DNA from: an uncultured Bordetella sp.
GTDB lineage: Bacteria > Pseudomonadota > Gammaproteobacteria > Burkholderiales > SG8-39
DNA length: 64,000 bases
Direction: 5' to 3'
Assembly (NCBI GenBank): GCA_964652785.1
Contig: CAZZDV010000001.1
Coordinates: forward strand, 116-64,115
Below the pieces are notes generated by a model that had not been told where the DNA came from, did no database searches, and saw only the letters and a program-made list of their open reading frames with translations. Both the position numbers and the translations under genes were made by a program. This document shows positions 62,065-64,000 of the stretch, one piece after another (within the stretch, counting starts at the first letter, position 1; each line of letters opens with the position of its first letter).

Positions 62065-63141
62065 GTGCAGCCGCTCGTTAACGATGTTTTTCTTCGCGCG
62101 CTCGCTCGCGAACCGACCGAGTACACGCCGATCTGGCTCATGCGCCAGGCCGGACGATACCTCCCCGAATATAACGCGACCCGGAAGAGGGCCGGCAGCT
62201 TCCTCGCGCTTGCGAAGAATCCGGCCTATGCGACCGAGGTTACGCTGCAGCCGCTTGACCGGTATCCATTGGATGCGGCTATTCTTTTCTCGGACATCCT
62301 CACCATCCCGGACGCTATGGGATTGGGTCTTTATTTCGCGGAGGGCGAAGGGCCGAAGTTCGAGCGTCCCTTGCGCGACGAGCGCTCAATCCGGGCTCTC
62401 GGTGTCCCCGACCCGGGCGGCGAACTCCGATACGTAACCGATGCAGTGCGGGAGGTTCGGAAAGCTCTTGGTGGCCGCGTCCCGCTGATCGGGTTCTCGG
62501 GAAGCCCGTACACGCTCGCCTGCTACATGATCGAAGGCGGGGGCAGCGACGATTTCCGCACAGTGAAGTCGATGCTCTACAGTCGACCTGACCTCCTGCA
62601 CCACATTCTCGAAATCAACACCCGCGCCGTAGTGAGCTACCTGAATGCGCAGATCGAAGCCGGCGCGCAGGCAGTCATGGTCTTCGATACGTGGGGCGGA
62701 AACTTGACGACCGCAGGTTACGAAGAATTTTCACTTGCCTATCTACGCCGAATTGTCGCTGGTCTCGTGCGGGAAGCGGAGGGACGGCGAGTGCCCTGCA
62801 TCCTTTTCACCAAAGGTGGCGGTCACTGGCTCGAGGCCATGGCTGCATCAGGCTGTGACGCGCTCGGGATCGACTGGAGTACGGATCTGCGGGCCGCTCG
62901 CGCCCGGGTAGGCTCGCAAGTTGCGCTTCAAGGCAATCTCGACCCGAGTGTCCTGTTTGCCCCGCCGGACAAGGTGCGGGAACAGGCTCGCCGGGTGCTC
63001 GATGCTTTCGGCCCGGGCAGCGGCCATGTGTTCAATCTTGGGCACGGAATTTCCCAATTCACCCCACCCGAAAGCGTCGGTGCATTGACGGACGAAGTGC
63101 ACACTTACAGCATGAAACTACGCCCGGCTGGGCCGACCTGA
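62065..63141 (+). CDS. hemE: Uroporphyrinogen decarboxylase
   Basis: ORF 62020..63141. Probable GTG start at 62065, just after the EVE gene stop. [31 protein letters not shown] is a HemE signature. Confidence 0.9.
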   Translation: MQPLVNDVFLRALAREPTEYTPIWLMRQAGRYLPEYNATRKRAGSFLALAKNPAYATEVTLQPLDRYPLDAAILFSDILTIPDAMGLGLYFAEGEGPKFERPLRDERSIRALGVPDPGGELRYVTDAVREVRKALGGRVPLIGFSGSPYTLACYMIEGGGSDDFRTVKSMLYSRPDLLHHILEINTRAVVSYLNAQIEAGAQAVMVFDTWGGNLTTAGYEEFSLAYLRRIVAGLVREAEGRRVPCILFTKGGGHWLEAMAASGCDALGIDWSTDLRAARARVGSQVALQGNLDPSVLFAPPDKVREQARRVLDAFGPGSGHVFNLGHGISQFTPPESVGALTDEVHTYSMKLRPAGPT

Positions 63142-63193
63142 GGCCCCCGGCCGGGACGCCTATAGGTAAGTTAATTTCGATTGCGGGGTTGAC

Positions 63194-63378
63194 TTATGCA
63201 CAAACACCCGCTCTGCCTCTGTAAATGGGACTCTCCCCGCAGCTTCGTAGGGAAATCGTTGCAAGAGGTTGTATTCGTTGGGGAAAAAAAATTTCTGCTG
63301 ACTATTATGTCAGGCAGACAACATCCGGCACCTTCGCGTCGCTTGCGCCCGACAGTTTTACCCACAAACTTATCCACA
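63194..63378 (+). promoter_or_regulatory. Three DnaA-box-like 9-mers in the hemE-priA intergenic region
   Basis: A perfect TTATCCACA (63370-63378), preceded 3 nt upstream by TTACCCACA (63358-63366, 1 mismatch), plus TTATGCACA (63194-63202, 1 mismatch). All are on the + strand, in a visibly AT-richer spacer containing an A8T3 run. Confidence 0.35.
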
Positions 63379-63516
63379 AGTCGTCGCGGCCTGGAAAATA
63401 GGCCTTTCCGGTGAATGGTTACGCGCAAGTTCGCGAGTCTTGAAATCAACTGATCCCGATAAGCGATTGGCCATGAGGACTTTTTGCCAACCCCGAATTC
63501 TGGCGCCAGTGTGCGG

Positions 63517-64000
63517 GTGAAGATCGCCCGCGTCGCGCTGGATGTCCCGATACCGAAGCTGTTCGACTATGGGCCGCCCGACGATGCCGAACTCCGCGTC
63601 GGAGCGCGCGTGGTTGTCCCTTTTGGGCGGCGGCGCCTTGTTGGGGTGATCGTCGAGACTGCTGCGGCCTCCGAGTTCGATCCGGGCAAGATCAAACCGG
63701 TAGAACGCATGCTCGACGACGCGCCGGATCTTCCGGAGGACTGGATCGCGCTGATGCGCTTTCTCGCCGGCTACTACCAGCGTCCCTTGGGTGAAACCGT
63801 GATTTCCTCCTTGCCGCCGCGCGTGCGGTCGCTCAAACCGTTGCCGCGACAGGACCGCAGTTACTGGCGCGCAAGTTCCGCGGCCCCCGGCCCGGCTGTT
63901 CGCGGAGCCACGCGCAAGGAGTTGCTTCTGGCTAGGATCGAGGCGCTCGGCCTGGCCGAAGAAAGCGCGCTGCTGTCCGCCGACGCGAAAGTTCGAGTCG
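63517..64000 (+). CDS. priA: Primosomal protein N-prime (replication restart helicase), N-terminal part, runs off the right edge
   Basis: My own translation from GTG 63517 (or GTG 63511): VKIARVALDVPIPKLFDYGPPDD..GARVVVPFGRRRLVGVIVE, a typical PriA N-terminus. No stop before the window end. Confidence 0.8.
   Translation, partial: MKIARVALDVPIPKLFDYGPPDDAELRVGARVVVPFGRRRLVGVIVETAAASEFDPGKIKPVERMLDDAPDLPEDWIALMRFLAGYYQRPLGETVISSLPPRVRSLKPLPRQDRSYWRASSAAPGPAVRGATRKELLLARIEALGLAEESALLSADAKVRV

Noticed and set aside
63171-63449. Small ORFs 63171..63449(-) and 63196..63414(+) in the hemE-priA spacer
   Set aside because: They overlap each other on opposite strands in an AT-richer spacer. They have no ribosome-binding-site context or recognisable motifs, so I treated them as non-coding. 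An sRNA or small protein cannot be excluded.
63142-63516. Calling the hemE-priA spacer the chromosomal origin (oriC)
   Set aside because: There are only three DnaA-like boxes, no clear array of AT-rich 13-mers, and a genomic context atypical for the apparent lineage. I kept it as a finding to test, not as an annotated feature.

Overview
High-GC, densely coding chromosomal segment that looks beta- or gammaproteobacterial. I saw no tRNA, rRNA, CRISPR array, transposase or prophage genes. Positions 1-23.1 kb are housekeeping: aceE (partial), folD, prlC, xthA, aceB, the glnA-DUF4124-ntrB-ntrC nitrogen block with a sigma54-type promoter, a rhodanese gene, and thiC behind a TPP riboswitch followed by a Ser/Thr kinase-cNMP fusion and uppP. 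This is followed by a same-strand TetR-RND efflux-pcm-rhodanese-tolC array. Positions 23.2-58.2 kb form one contiguous LPS locus of about 35 kb. It holds lipid A/core genes (waaA, waaC, a WaaE-like GT2, six GT9 heptosyltransferase-family paralogs, three GT4, an O-antigen ligase, msbA). These flank an ABC-transporter-dependent (wzm/wzt) O-antigen cluster carrying dTDP- (rmlBACD), GDP- (manC, gmd) and CDP- (rfbF, rfbG plus a C-methyltransferase) sugar pathways, several methyltransferases and one orphan ORF. Positions 58.3-64 kb hold a TonB-dependent receptor behind a cobalamin riboswitch, a ZapB-like gene, zapA, 6S RNA, an EVE-domain gene, hemE and priA (partial). The best candidates for something undescribed are: (1) the CDP-glucose-derived C-methyl-deoxyhexose route and the methyl-capped ABC-exported O-antigen; (2) the coupled WaaE-like/FkbM/DUF4254 core module; (3) the orphan 301-aa ORF in the O-antigen operon; (4) the cNMP-gated Hanks kinase translationally coupled to uppP downstream of thiC; (5) a G9 tract inside the O-antigen ligase gene. 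All functional calls come from reading the supplied translations for motifs and family resemblance. No database search was run.
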